Positions 36,590-45,880 are shown, numbered from the stretch's first letter. The stretch is 64,000 nucleotides of DNA from Terracidiphilus sp. (GCA_050013775.1 JBEKEP010000001.1:2878-66877); one strand, 5' to 3'. Notes: a model not told the origin generated them from the letters alone. Translations and numbers: made by a program.

Positions 36590-37287
36590 AGCGTCGGGCT
36601 CCCAGGCTCAAAGGATGCGACGCGTCCAGCGTGGAGGGTGAGCACCCAATCGGCGATGGGCGCGGCGAGGTCGCGCTGGTGCGTGGTGAGGACAATGGTG
36701 CGATCGCTCTGGCGGAAGCGGGCGAGGAGTTCGACCATCTGCCGCGCGCTTTCCACGTCCATGTTGGAAAAAGGCTCGTCGAGCAGCAGAAGCTCCGGCG
36801 AGGGAACAAGAACGCGTGCGAGCGAGGTGCGCTGGCGCATGCCCTGCGAGTAATGACCGAAAGGCCGGTTCAGTTCGGGATCGAGGCCGACCTGGCGCAA
36901 AGCTTCGGCAGGCGCGAGGCATTCGCGTCCTGGATAGAGACTCGCGAAGTAGCGCAGATTCTCCTGGGCGGTGAGCTCGTCGTACAACATGGGCGCATGA
37001 CTCATGTAGCCGATGCGGGCGCGTTCCTGCTGCGGCTCCGAGTCGCCGAAGACGCGCACCGTGCCGAAGCTGGGGCGCAGCAATCCCGCAAGGATGCGCA
37101 GCAGCGTGGATTTGCCGGCCCCGTTTTCGCCGAGCAGCACATAGCAACGGCCAGGCTCCAGTTCGACTGTGACCTGGCGCAGCGCGGCAAAACTGCCAAA
37201 GAGCTTGGACACCTGCTGAAGCTGAGCGCAGATATGGACCCGGGCGCCATGCGTTGTAGGTCCGGCAGCGGAGACGTTCGCGGTCAT
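36586..37287 (-). CDS. ccmA: heme ABC exporter ATP-binding protein CcmA
   Basis: Start at MTANV (ATG 37285-37287). Walker A GENGAGKST, signature YSQGMRQR, Walker B LLLLDEP. Confidence 0.85.
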   Translation of the reverse strand: MTANVSAAGPTTHGARVHICAQLQQVSKLFGSFAALRQVTVELEPGRCYVLLGENGAGKSTLLRILAGLLRPSFGTVRVFGDSEPQQERARIGYMSHAPMLYDELTAQENLRYFASLYPGRECLAPAEALRQVGLDPELNRPFGHYSQGMRQRTSLARVLVPSPELLLLDEPFSNMDVESARQMVELLARFRQSDRTIVLTTHQRDLAAPIADWVLTLHAGRVASFEPGSPTL

Positions 37288-37291
37288 GCCG

Positions 37292-37813
37292 TCAGTTGGA
37301 AGCGGTCTGGGTTGAGGAGGTAGTAGATGGCGCAGGGTTGGATGCGCTGGCCGGCTTGGTCGGGGCGGCAGCAGGTGGCTGCGCGCCGGGCTGCGCCGGT
37401 GCGTATTTGCTGGCGCACTTGGCCTGAAGCACCGTGGCATGAAACACGCCGTCGCGGCCGTAGGTGCCCATGGCCAAGGCCTGCGCATCGTCCTTGAAAG
37501 TGTCAGGCGGCGGTTCGGCTCCCTTGTAGCTGACTTTCAGGAGGCGTCCGGAGGGGGCATTGGGCGAGTGGCTCTCGAATTCATTGAGGACGAAATTGAC
37601 ATGCGGCCCATTGCGCTCGATGGAGCCGGGCTCCACGAAACCCTCGACGCGCAGATTGCTGTGGTACGCCTTATCGCCCATTCCGCCCAGCTGGGCGATG
37701 GTGACGTAATAGCTCTTGCTGGACCCATAACCGGTGAAAGCCAACCAGGCGATGGTGCCGAGGATGACGGCGACGGCAATACTGACCTGCAAAGTTTTCG
37801 GGGATTTTTTCAT
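37292..37813 (-). CDS. ccmE: cytochrome c-type biogenesis heme chaperone CcmE, Cys-variant (CxxxY)
   Basis: MKKSPKTLQVSIAVAVILGTIAWLAF forms a TM anchor, followed by LRVEGFVEPGSI and ATVLQAKCASKYAP. The last aligns with E. coli VLAKHDENYTP, putting Cys at the His130 position. The protein ends in a Pro/Ala/Ser-rich tail. Confidence 0.8.
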   Translation of the reverse strand: MKKSPKTLQVSIAVAVILGTIAWLAFTGYGSSKSYYVTIAQLGGMGDKAYHSNLRVEGFVEPGSIERNGPHVNFVLNEFESHSPNAPSGRLLKVSYKGAEPPPDTFKDDAQALAMGTYGRDGVFHATVLQAKCASKYAPAQPGAQPPAAAPTKPASASNPAPSTTSSTQTASN

Positions 37814-38394
37814 GGTCTCTACCTTTTTAACGATACGAGCCTGCAGGACCATGGTCAACCAGAGACGGGGGCTGGGGATGTGATTTGGCTCACATGATGG
37901 CAGGAAGGGGGAACCAGGGACCAGGGGCGTAAGACGGCCGGCGCTTGCGGGAGAAGATTCGACGAGTGGGTGCTAGCGCGTGCGGCGCGGCACCGAGCCA
38001 CGGCGATTGTTGACGCGGCAAGGCTCGAGCGAGGTGGCAACCAGCGGGACGACTATCATTGCGATCAGAATCAGTTCGATCACAAGGTCCTTCATGAACA
38101 GCCCCCAAGGCGTACACAATTTTGCGTGCGTCGGACTTCTTAGAGAGCCCGATGCTGCACCATAGCTCCGCGAAAGGACGATAGGGAATCACTCCAGAGT
38201 GGGAGTGGGCGTGGTTCCTTGGAGGCACCTGCTGCGCAGCAGAGACTGCAAGAGAAATCGTCAGGTCGGCGAGTTTCTTACGGGATGATTTTGTTAACGG
38301 GTTTAAAATAAGATAGTTAACTAGAGTGAGAATTATAACGACCTTGAATCGTTGATCGAATTACCGTGGTAACACAGTGCGGCCAATTCTACTT

Positions 38395-40536
38395 TCAGTG
38401 AACGGTTTCGAGGACGCTGGCGGCACGGTTGAGTGCCTGCGTGAGCACCTGCAACTGCTGCGCGGCCCGGTTTGCATCCTGAACGTCGATGGCCTCGTTG
38501 ACGCCGGGAATAACGACGGCGGCGTAGCCTGTAACCTCGCCGGGGGCGAAGATCGTGTGCCGATACCACGGCCGATTGGGAAGTCCCGCGTCGGAGAGCA
38601 GCGCTGTCTCGGTTTGCCGCAAGGCGAGATTCAGCCGGCCCAGATCTCCGGAAGGCGCGGACTGGAGCGCATACGCGCGCTGGGCCGCCGCAGAAAAGCG
38701 CACAGCTGCTGCCTGGGCGGGAGCAAAGTCGAGCGAGCCGAGACCGGCATCCGGGGCCCTGTGTTTGGCGGCCTCGAGATAGAAGGTGACGGCGCGCGCG
38801 TAGGCAATGTAGTCGTAGGGCAGTAGGTCGGCATCGGCCATGCGCATGGCTTCAAGGCCGAGGACGCGCGCCATTTGCTGCAAATAGAGAAAATGCGGAT
38901 CGGCATTCTGCGTGAACCAGGCAAAGTCGTCGAAGGCCGAGTGATAGACGCCATACGGGCCGCTGGATTCAACATCGGTGGCGGGCACGCCTGCGTGTTG
39001 CAGGAAGGGCGAATAATCCGATCCGGAGCCGAGATCGCCCAGATGCACGTCTTCTCCCGGAATAAGCGGCGCATTCGAGTGGTGTTCACTGTCGACGGAT
39101 GGTTTGAGACGCCAGAGCCGATACACGGTGCCGCCGAGGGGGCTGGGAACGGAACGCGTGACGTTGCGAACGAACTCCTTGAGCGAGGGGACGGCGGAGG
39201 CGGTAAAGTCCGGACCCGAGACGCCCACGTCGATATTGAAGTAGGCCGCGGCGTGGTCGAGGGCGCGGCCCTGCTGCTCGACCCATTCGGTTGAGCCGAT
39301 GAGGCCCTCCTCTTCGGCGTCCCAACTGCAGAAAACGATGGTGCGCCTGGGGCGCCAGCCTTGGTGAAGCAGCGTACCGATGCCATGCGCCGCTTCAAGC
39401 ATGGCGGCCGTGCCGCTGTTGGGGTCGACTGCGCCGTACACCCACGCGTCGCGATGGTTGCCCACGATGACCCATGAATCCGGCTCCTGAGAGCCCTCGA
39501 CTTTGCCAATCACGTCCCAGATGATGCGGCGCTGGTAATCCTGTTGCGAAACCAGGTGGACTTTTTCCCCGCCGGGACCAATGTGGTAGCGGAAGGGCAA
39601 CGCGCCCTGCCAACTTTGCGGCACACTCGGGCCTTTGAGCGCTTGCAGAATGGGCGCGGCATCGTGATAGCTGAGAGGGATCGAGACGATATACGGTTCG
39701 CTGCCGCCGGATCCGGAGGGATTGGGAATGCGGGCGGAGTCGGGCAGGTCGATCGTGGAGGCGACGCCAGGAGTTTCAGGATCGCCGGGATACTTGAAGA
39801 GAAATTGTACCGAGCCGCGCTGCACGCCGGTCTCAGGCCGCCACGGACCGTTCGGCCAGGGATCGCCTTTGGCATAGCCGTCGTCCTGCGGGTCAGAGTA
39901 GAGGAGGACACCCACTGCGCCGCGCTGCTGGGCTAGGTAGACTTTGACGCCACGAAAGTTGGAGCCGTAGCGGCAGATGACGATTTTGCCGTGCAGATCG
40001 ATGTTCCGGGCCGCAAGCTCGTTGAAGTCCTCAGCGCGGCCGTAGTTCGCATAGACCACTTCGCCGGTAACGTCACCTGAACCCGAGGAGCCGTTGAAGG
40101 GCATCACCACGCGGGGATTGTCGGCGGCGGGATCGCCCTCCACATGTTCGGGTGTGGGGCCACTCATCAGCAGATGGCCGGTCTCGTCCCAAGCCTCGAC
40201 GCGGACGACTTTGGGCCAGTTCAGCAGAACGCGATAGGGAACGATCTCTGTCTGGAGCCCGGCGGCGCGAAACTTGCCGGCCACGTATTCGGCGGTCTTG
40301 CGATCTTCAGGCGTTGCTGCTAAATGCGGCTCGAGGGTGAGGGTTTTGAGTTCTTCGCCGGCAAGTTGGGGATCGGGCACGGCCATGAATTTCTCTTCGA
40401 GCCGGGCTTCCGCGCTGAAGTCGGAGTAACCGAACGAAGCAGGCGGCGTAGCTTGCGCCGTCAGCCGGCTTGATGGGAGCACGGTGGAAAGAACAGCCGG
40501 CAAAGCAAGAAGAGCAAGCCTGGTGCGGAGTGTCAT
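38395..40536 (-). CDS. M28-family peptidase with PA and transferrin-receptor-like dimerisation domains (glutamate carboxypeptidase II-like)
   Basis: 713 aa with a signal peptide, VGNHRDAWVYGAVDPNSGTA, FCSWDAEEEGLIGSTEW and SGSDYSPF. Confidence 0.85.
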   Translation of the reverse strand: MTLRTRLALLALPAVLSTVLPSSRLTAQATPPASFGYSDFSAEARLEEKFMAVPDPQLAGEELKTLTLEPHLAATPEDRKTAEYVAGKFRAAGLQTEIVPYRVLLNWPKVVRVEAWDETGHLLMSGPTPEHVEGDPAADNPRVVMPFNGSSGSGDVTGEVVYANYGRAEDFNELAARNIDLHGKIVICRYGSNFRGVKVYLAQQRGAVGVLLYSDPQDDGYAKGDPWPNGPWRPETGVQRGSVQFLFKYPGDPETPGVASTIDLPDSARIPNPSGSGGSEPYIVSIPLSYHDAAPILQALKGPSVPQSWQGALPFRYHIGPGGEKVHLVSQQDYQRRIIWDVIGKVEGSQEPDSWVIVGNHRDAWVYGAVDPNSGTAAMLEAAHGIGTLLHQGWRPRRTIVFCSWDAEEEGLIGSTEWVEQQGRALDHAAAYFNIDVGVSGPDFTASAVPSLKEFVRNVTRSVPSPLGGTVYRLWRLKPSVDSEHHSNAPLIPGEDVHLGDLGSGSDYSPFLQHAGVPATDVESSGPYGVYHSAFDDFAWFTQNADPHFLYLQQMARVLGLEAMRMADADLLPYDYIAYARAVTFYLEAAKHRAPDAGLGSLDFAPAQAAAVRFSAAAQRAYALQSAPSGDLGRLNLALRQTETALLSDAGLPNRPWYRHTIFAPGEVTGYAAVVIPGVNEAIDVQDANRAAQQLQVLTQALNRAASVLETVH

Positions 40537-40569
40537 GCAATCGATCCTTCAGACATGGTTCATTCGCGG

Positions 40570-40974
40570 TCAGGCGACGGGTTGAGCGCAGTGCGCGCAG
40601 CGCTTGGCGGCCAGCGGAATGTCGCTGAGGCATTCAGGGCAAGGCTTTGTGGTGGGTTCGGCCAGCGTTTCGGGTTTCTTGGTGCGCGCCAGCAAGGCGT
40701 TCATGGGCAGAACGATGGCGAAATAAACCACGCAGGCCACGATCAGGAACGAAACCGCCGCGTTGAAAAAGTTGCCGATCTTGATCTGCCCGCCGCCCAC
40801 ATGCAGAATGACGCTGCTGAAATCAGGCTTGCCGATCGTGGCAGCAATTAACGGGTTCAATACGTCGCTGACCAACGACGTCACAATGGCATTGAACGCG
40901 GCGCCCAGAATCACGGCGACCGCGAGGTCCATCACGTTTCCGCGCAGAATGAAATCTCGAAATCCCTTCAGCAT
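40570..40974 (-). CDS. mscL: large-conductance mechanosensitive channel MscL with C-terminal CPxC...CxxC ribbon
   Basis: MLKGFRDFILRGNVMDLAVAVILGAAFNAIVTSLVSDVLNPLI, and the C-terminus KPCPECLSDIPLAAKRCAHCAQPVA. Confidence 0.9.
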   Translation of the reverse strand: MLKGFRDFILRGNVMDLAVAVILGAAFNAIVTSLVSDVLNPLIAATIGKPDFSSVILHVGGGQIKIGNFFNAAVSFLIVACVVYFAIVLPMNALLARTKKPETLAEPTTKPCPECLSDIPLAAKRCAHCAQPVA

Positions 40975-41118
40975 CGCTTCCTCCGGTGCATGGTGATTTC
41001 AGCCGCTGCGGCGAGAGCGCAGGATTCAGCGGCTGAGTTTGCACTCTGCCCATGCTACACGGCGAAAGGGCGGACGCGCAGCGTGGATTGTGGGCTGAGG
41101 CGAGGCGGACCCGTGGCG

Positions 41119-41415
41119 CTACGGCACCGCAATAAGAACCACGATGCCAGCGAGGATCATGAGGTCGGTATAGAGCAGAATCAGTATGCCGGCGTGGTAA
41201 AGACTCCATTCGCGGCGCAGGCAACGGGCCGTTTCTGCCATGCCCCAGGTGGCGACCAGGAGGGCGAGAAACTGCCAATGCGAGCCGTGCAGGTCGTTGA
41301 TGTTCGGGAAGCCTGCGAGGCGCAGGCTGGCGGCAAATGCGCCCAGGGAAAGGAGCATGGCGCGCAGCAGCGATTTTTGCCGCACACGGAAGATGTTCGA
41401 AGAAAGGCGCACCAC
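41119..41415 (-). CDS. small membrane protein, unknown function
   Basis: 98 aa with three hydrophobic helices and high GC3. The start codon is uncertain. Confidence 0.45.
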   Translation of the reverse strand: MVRLSSNIFRVRQKSLLRAMLLSLGAFAASLRLAGFPNINDLHGSHWQFLALLVATWGMAETARCLRREWSLYHAGILILLYTDLMILAGIVVLIAVP

Positions 41416-41660
41416 CTTTCACTGTACCGTGGCGGCATGATGTGAGGGATGTGCCAGATTCGGGCCATTGGAGAATCTTGCAGATAGGCTTCTGGCCGCG
41501 GCTTTTAGACCCAGAAAAGCATAGACCGCAGCCAGGCCCCTGAATGGAGCAAACGTGCTGAAGGGAATGGAATTCGGCATGCAATGGCCGCGCAAAAAAT
41601 AATGTTCGCGCCTCGGGAATTGCGTTAGACTGCCTGCGAAGGCTTTGGGGTTTCGAAAAA

Positions 41661-42704
41661 ATGAGAGGTACATCTACATCGCTGTTGGTCTGCGCGGCGC
41701 TCTTGCTTTGCTGGCCAGCTCTCGCATTTGCCCAGATGGTTCCGGATCCGAATGCACCGCCGCATTCGGATGCTCCGCCAGCCGCGCAGGCCCCCGATGA
41801 GGCGCAAGAGCCGGCGCCGGAGGCTGCTCCGCAACCTGACGCTGCGCAGATGCCGGATACGCCGCCGCCTCCGCCCGCAAACTTTAAGAATCCCATCCCT
41901 GCCGATCAGCTTGCGTTCTTGCGGGACTACGCCGACAAATCGCTGAAAGAAATCCAGAAGGACAAGCGCTTCAAGAACCTTGAGAAACAGATCACGCCGT
42001 CAGCGCGCTATTTTTACCACTACGATAAGTCGCTCTCCGAGGCGAGAGATGAAGTGCTGAATAATGAGCCGCTGCCGGTCACGGTGCGCGACGACCGCTA
42101 CGTGATGGTGAGCAGCGCCGGAGGCGGCGATCAGCACGCCCTCGGACGGGGTTTCCTCTGGTTCGACATGCAGACGGGGATCGGGCTGGGTGGAATCTAT
42201 TTTCATCCCACAAATGGAGAGCCTTCGCCGACGCTGGCGGTTTTCTCAAAGCAACTGACGGATACGGATCTCAGCATGGGGCAATTGCCGCCGGAGTTCT
42301 ATGAGGATTTTGGGCAGTGGGCTCAGGTTGCGCGCGTCGAGTTCATCTCGCCACGCTATTTCATTCCGGATACTGACAAAAAGTACGTGCTGCTCCACGA
42401 TGAGGATTTTTGCGCGCACCCCAGTGGCGAGCCCGCGCCCGAGGGCTGCGACGACATGAATGCCCAGGCGGCCGACGTGGATATGAATGCCGCATATTTC
42501 ATGAATGACACGCATAACGCGACCGACGCCACTGCGTACATGTTGAATTCCGATCAGATGGCATGGCTCGCGGTGCGGGACAGAACTTGCAGGGGTCCGA
42601 ACGGTGTAACCTGCCGGATTCGCGTGACCCGCGATCGCACGGCAGTGCTGACCGGCCATCCCGTGCCCCCGCCACGTCGGTCACCGCAGCCGGTACGCCG
42701 GTAA
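41661..42704 (+). CDS. secreted protein of unknown function
   Basis: Signal peptide LLVCAALLLCWPALAFAQ, a Pro/Ala-rich linker, and a C-terminal MAWLAVRDRTC segment reminiscent of DUF1311/LprI-like modules. Confidence 0.6.
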   Translation: MRGTSTSLLVCAALLLCWPALAFAQMVPDPNAPPHSDAPPAAQAPDEAQEPAPEAAPQPDAAQMPDTPPPPPANFKNPIPADQLAFLRDYADKSLKEIQKDKRFKNLEKQITPSARYFYHYDKSLSEARDEVLNNEPLPVTVRDDRYVMVSSAGGGDQHALGRGFLWFDMQTGIGLGGIYFHPTNGEPSPTLAVFSKQLTDTDLSMGQLPPEFYEDFGQWAQVARVEFISPRYFIPDTDKKYVLLHDEDFCAHPSGEPAPEGCDDMNAQAADVDMNAAYFMNDTHNATDATAYMLNSDQMAWLAVRDRTCRGPNGVTCRIRVTRDRTAVLTGHPVPPPRRSPQPVRR

Positions 42705-42846
42705 AAGCGCCAGGAAGCACCGCTTCTGCTGCGACCAGCTCGACGAAGCTGCGAACGTGCGGCGCGGGAGTGATACACTCGCTGAGCCCAGAGTTGGGTT
42801 CCCCAAAAATCCCAATTTCCCACTGGGCGCACTAGGAGGCAAGACA

Positions 42847-43872
42847 ATGCAAGAAGGCAATTCTGGCGCAGCTCCGCTCAATCCAGGAATCGTTTTCGAC
42901 ATGGTTCAGGCGCATCAGCGCACTGCGGCGCTTAACGCCGCGATCCAACTCGACGTCTTTCGAGCCGTCGGCCAGGGGCCGGGCGACGCAGCATCGATCG
43001 CGCGGCACTGTTCGGCATCGGAGCGCGGCATCCGCATTCTGTGCGATTTCCTGGTGATCAACGGTGTGCTGGCCAAAGAGGACGGGCACTACAAACACAC
43101 GCCATCGAGCGCAGCTTTTCTTGACCCGGTCTCGCCCGCCTGCATGGCATCGGTGGCGCAGTTCCTTACCGAGTCGGCAATCATGCAGGCCGACGGGCAA
43201 CTGGCCGATATTGTGCGCACGGGGCGCACGAATCTTCCCGGCCAGGGCACGGTTGAGCCGGACAATCCCATTTGGGTAGTGTTCGCGGAAAAGATGGCGC
43301 CGATGATGGGGCCCATGGCAGGTCCGCTGGGCGCTGTGGTGCTGGAAGGACGCGACGGGCCCATGCACGTGCTCGATATTGCCGCAGGGCATGGGCTATT
43401 CGGAATCGAAATCGCCAAGCAGAACCCGCAGGCGCGTGTGACGGGGCTCGATTGGGCGCCTGTGCTGCGCGTGGCGTTGAAGAACGCTGAAAAGGCCGGC
43501 GTGAAGGACCGCTACAACATGCTGCCGGGCAGTGCGTTTGAAGTGGAGTTTGGTGGGCCGTATGATGCGGTGCTGCTGACAAATTTTCTGCACCATTTTG
43601 ACAAGATCACGAACGTGGGGCTGTTGAAGAAAGTGCGTGCGGCGCTCAAGCCGGGCGGGTGCGCGGCAACACTCGAGTTTGTGCCGAATGAGGATCGCGT
43701 GTCGCCGCCCATGCCCGCGGCCTTTGCGATGACGATGCTGACGACGACCGCGGAAGGCGACGCCTATACGTTCCCCGAGCTTCTGGCGATGTACGCCGAG
43801 GCAGGTTTCAAGGGGGTGACCGCGCATCCGATCCCGATGAGCCCACACACAGTGGTGATGGGGACGGCGTAG
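42847..43872 (+). CDS. class I SAM-dependent O-methyltransferase (COMT/dimerisation-domain type)
   Basis: A GGAGG RBS precedes ATG 42847. Contains VLDIAAGHGLFGIEIA (SAM motif I), LLTNFLHHF and LKPGG. Confidence 0.8.
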   Translation: MQEGNSGAAPLNPGIVFDMVQAHQRTAALNAAIQLDVFRAVGQGPGDAASIARHCSASERGIRILCDFLVINGVLAKEDGHYKHTPSSAAFLDPVSPACMASVAQFLTESAIMQADGQLADIVRTGRTNLPGQGTVEPDNPIWVVFAEKMAPMMGPMAGPLGAVVLEGRDGPMHVLDIAAGHGLFGIEIAKQNPQARVTGLDWAPVLRVALKNAEKAGVKDRYNMLPGSAFEVEFGGPYDAVLLTNFLHHFDKITNVGLLKKVRAALKPGGCAATLEFVPNEDRVSPPMPAAFAMTMLTTTAEGDAYTFPELLAMYAEAGFKGVTAHPIPMSPHTVVMGTA

Positions 43873-43907
43873 ACGCAGCGAAAGTGTGAAGAAGTGAATT
43901 AGTGAAG

Positions 43908-43938
43908 GGCCGGCGTCAACCGAGAGCCGGCCTTTCTT
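43908..43938 (+). terminator. terminator-like hairpin after the O-methyltransferase gene
   Basis: GGCCGGC-N11-GCCGGCC followed by TTTCTT. Confidence 0.5.
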
Positions 43939-43945
43939 GCGCAGG

Positions 43946-45016
43946 TCATTTCGCGTTGCGGCGGGCGCGGACGGCGGCGGCCAGGTCGGCGAGCAGCGCG
44001 TGCGTTGTCTTCCAGTCGATGCAGCCGTCGGTGATGCTCTGGCCATAAACAAGACTGCCGAGCGGCTGGCCGGCGACTAGCTTTTGCGCGCCGGCGACCA
44101 GGTTGCTCTCAATCATCGCGCCAATAATGTTGCGATTTCCGGCAGCAATTTGCACCGCGACCTCGCGGCCAACGACACCTTGGCGCCGATAATCTTTGCC
44201 ACTGTTGGCGTGGCTGAAGTCGATCATGATGCGCGGGGCGATTCCGGCACGCTCCATGAGCGCGGCGGTTTCGGCCACGCTCTCGGCGGTGTAGTTCACC
44301 GAATTGCGGCCGCCACGCAGGATGATATGGCAGTCCGGATTCCCTGTCGTCACGAAAATGGCCGACTGCCCATGATGCGTGTGGCCGAGGAACGTGTGCG
44401 ACCAGGAGGCCGAGAGCACGGCGTCGATAGCCACCTGCACGTCGCCCGAGGTTGCGTTCTTAAAACCAACGGGACACGACACCCCGGAGACGAGCTGGCG
44501 GTGTACCTGGCTCTCGGTGGTGCGCGCACCGATGGCGCCCCAGCACACGAGGCCGGCGATGTACTGCGGCGAAATCATGTCGAGGAACTCGGTTCCCGTG
44601 GGCACGCCCATTGCGGCCAGGTCGAGCAGCAGATGGCGCGCCAGGCGCAGGCCATCGTTGATCTTGAAGGTCCCGTCGAGATGCGGGTCGTTGATGAGAC
44701 CCTTCCAGCCGATGGTGGTGCGCGGCTTTTCAAAGTAGACGCGCATGACGATGCGTAGGTCGGCGGCAAATTCGTCGATCGCGCCCTTGAGCAGCCCGGC
44801 GTATTCGCGCGCGGCTCTTACATCGTGAATTGAGCAGGGGCCGGCCAGCACCACGAGGCGATCATCGTGGCCGTTGAGGATCGACACGATCTCATTGCGG
44901 GCGTCGAAGATAGTGGCCGAAGCAGCCTCGGTGAGGGGGAGTTCCTCCTCGAGAAAGACCGGGGGAAGGACGACTTTCGTCCATTGAATGCGAATATCTT
45001 CAGTGGGATGGAACAT
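43946..45016 (-). CDS. 3-deoxy-7-phosphoheptulonate (DAHP) synthase, class I (AroF/G/H type)
   Basis: KPRTTIGWKGLINDPHLDGTFKINDGLRLAR and WGAIGARTTESQVHRQLVSGVSCPVGFKN are near-identical in pattern to E. coli AroG. Start chosen at MFHPTED. Confidence 0.9.
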   Translation of the reverse strand: MFHPTEDIRIQWTKVVLPPVFLEEELPLTEAASATIFDARNEIVSILNGHDDRLVVLAGPCSIHDVRAAREYAGLLKGAIDEFAADLRIVMRVYFEKPRTTIGWKGLINDPHLDGTFKINDGLRLARHLLLDLAAMGVPTGTEFLDMISPQYIAGLVCWGAIGARTTESQVHRQLVSGVSCPVGFKNATSGDVQVAIDAVLSASWSHTFLGHTHHGQSAIFVTTGNPDCHIILRGGRNSVNYTAESVAETAALMERAGIAPRIMIDFSHANSGKDYRRQGVVGREVAVQIAAGNRNIIGAMIESNLVAGAQKLVAGQPLGSLVYGQSITDGCIDWKTTHALLADLAAAVRARRNAK

Positions 45017-45209
45017 TGGCTTCTTTTGAGGGCGGTCCGATGACCTCAACAACAATTGCAAGGGAGCCCTATAACGAATCTAACAGCCGAAAATGGGCCG
45101 GAATCCTGTGGGGATAGCGCGACTGGGCAAGAGCCCGGGCCTTTGGGCCCGACTCTTCTGGGACCGAAGTCAGAGACCTGAGGGCCCCTGCTCCCTCCGT
45201 TGCCAGCGA

Positions 45210-45635
45210 TCAGCGCGTAGCTTCGTAGGCGGCGACTCCGCCGCCTGCGGCTGCGGCCACGATGAGGACCGGGATCCAATGGTGGAAGTGGGTTCCGGAT
45301 TCGGAACCCGCGCCGATGTATTCTTTCCCCTTCGTCACGCGGGCCACATCGGCGTAGTCGAAGGTCTCCACCTTATTGCTGTCGGAGTTGGTGATCTGGA
45401 AGGTGGCATCGGAAACGGCGCCCAGAGAGCCTATAGCTTGGCTGCGATCTTGAAGATCGACCTGCACAAAGGTGCCGGCGCGGTATTTGGCGAGGCGTTT
45501 TTCAATCTTCCGCGTGTGCTTTTCGATCTTTGCGGACGACTGAGCCTGGATTGTGGGCGCCAAGGCAATGGATGCGAAGGCGACGGCGACGAGCAAACAT
45601 GAGTTCTGGCGAAGGAAACGGAGAATTCTGTTCAT
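45210..45635 (-). CDS. secreted protein with C-terminal TM anchor, unknown function
   Basis: MNRILRFLRQNSCLLVAVAFASIALAPTIQAQ signal peptide, and a C-terminal IPVLIVAAAAGGGVAAY. Confidence 0.5.
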   Translation of the reverse strand: MNRILRFLRQNSCLLVAVAFASIALAPTIQAQSSAKIEKHTRKIEKRLAKYRAGTFVQVDLQDRSQAIGSLGAVSDATFQITNSDSNKVETFDYADVARVTKGKEYIGAGSESGTHFHHWIPVLIVAAAAGGGVAAYEATR

Positions 45636-45819
45636 GGGGCCCCCAAAAAGAAGAAAGCATCGACTCTGATGCAATCGCGCACGCTGCAATCGCCTGCAGA
45701 GGGTTTCACAATAGCACTATATTGAGTTGGACGGTGAAGAGGCGGCTGAGAAGCGTTACGAACGTCATGAAAGACGCGTGAAGATGCCACGATGGGTACT
45801 TTAGGCAGCACGCTGCGCC

Positions 45820-45849
45820 TTGACATCGACAGAAGAGCGTCACTAAACT
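45820..45849 (+). promoter_or_regulatory. candidate sigma70-type promoter for hrcA (TTGACA-N18-TAAACT)
   Basis: Perfect -35 ttgaca at 45820-45825 and taaact at 44-49 of the next decade. Sequence inspection only. Confidence 0.3.
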
Positions 45850-45880
45850 TAAAAAGGAGTATTCCCGGAATTTTAGTACC

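Noticed and set aside
36586-37488. Long N-terminal extensions of ccmA (300 aa) and ccmB (315 aa) in the ORF track
   Set aside because: The extensions are Arg/Pro-rich and overlap the upstream genes. Internal ATGs at 37287 and 36077 give canonical CcmA/CcmB N-termini and tidy operon junctions.
37890-38228. 112-aa minus-strand ORF upstream of ccmE
   Set aside because: It is Arg/Pro/Ser-rich with no motif, and it overlaps the more plausible 40-codon TM ORF in another frame. It is likely non-coding.
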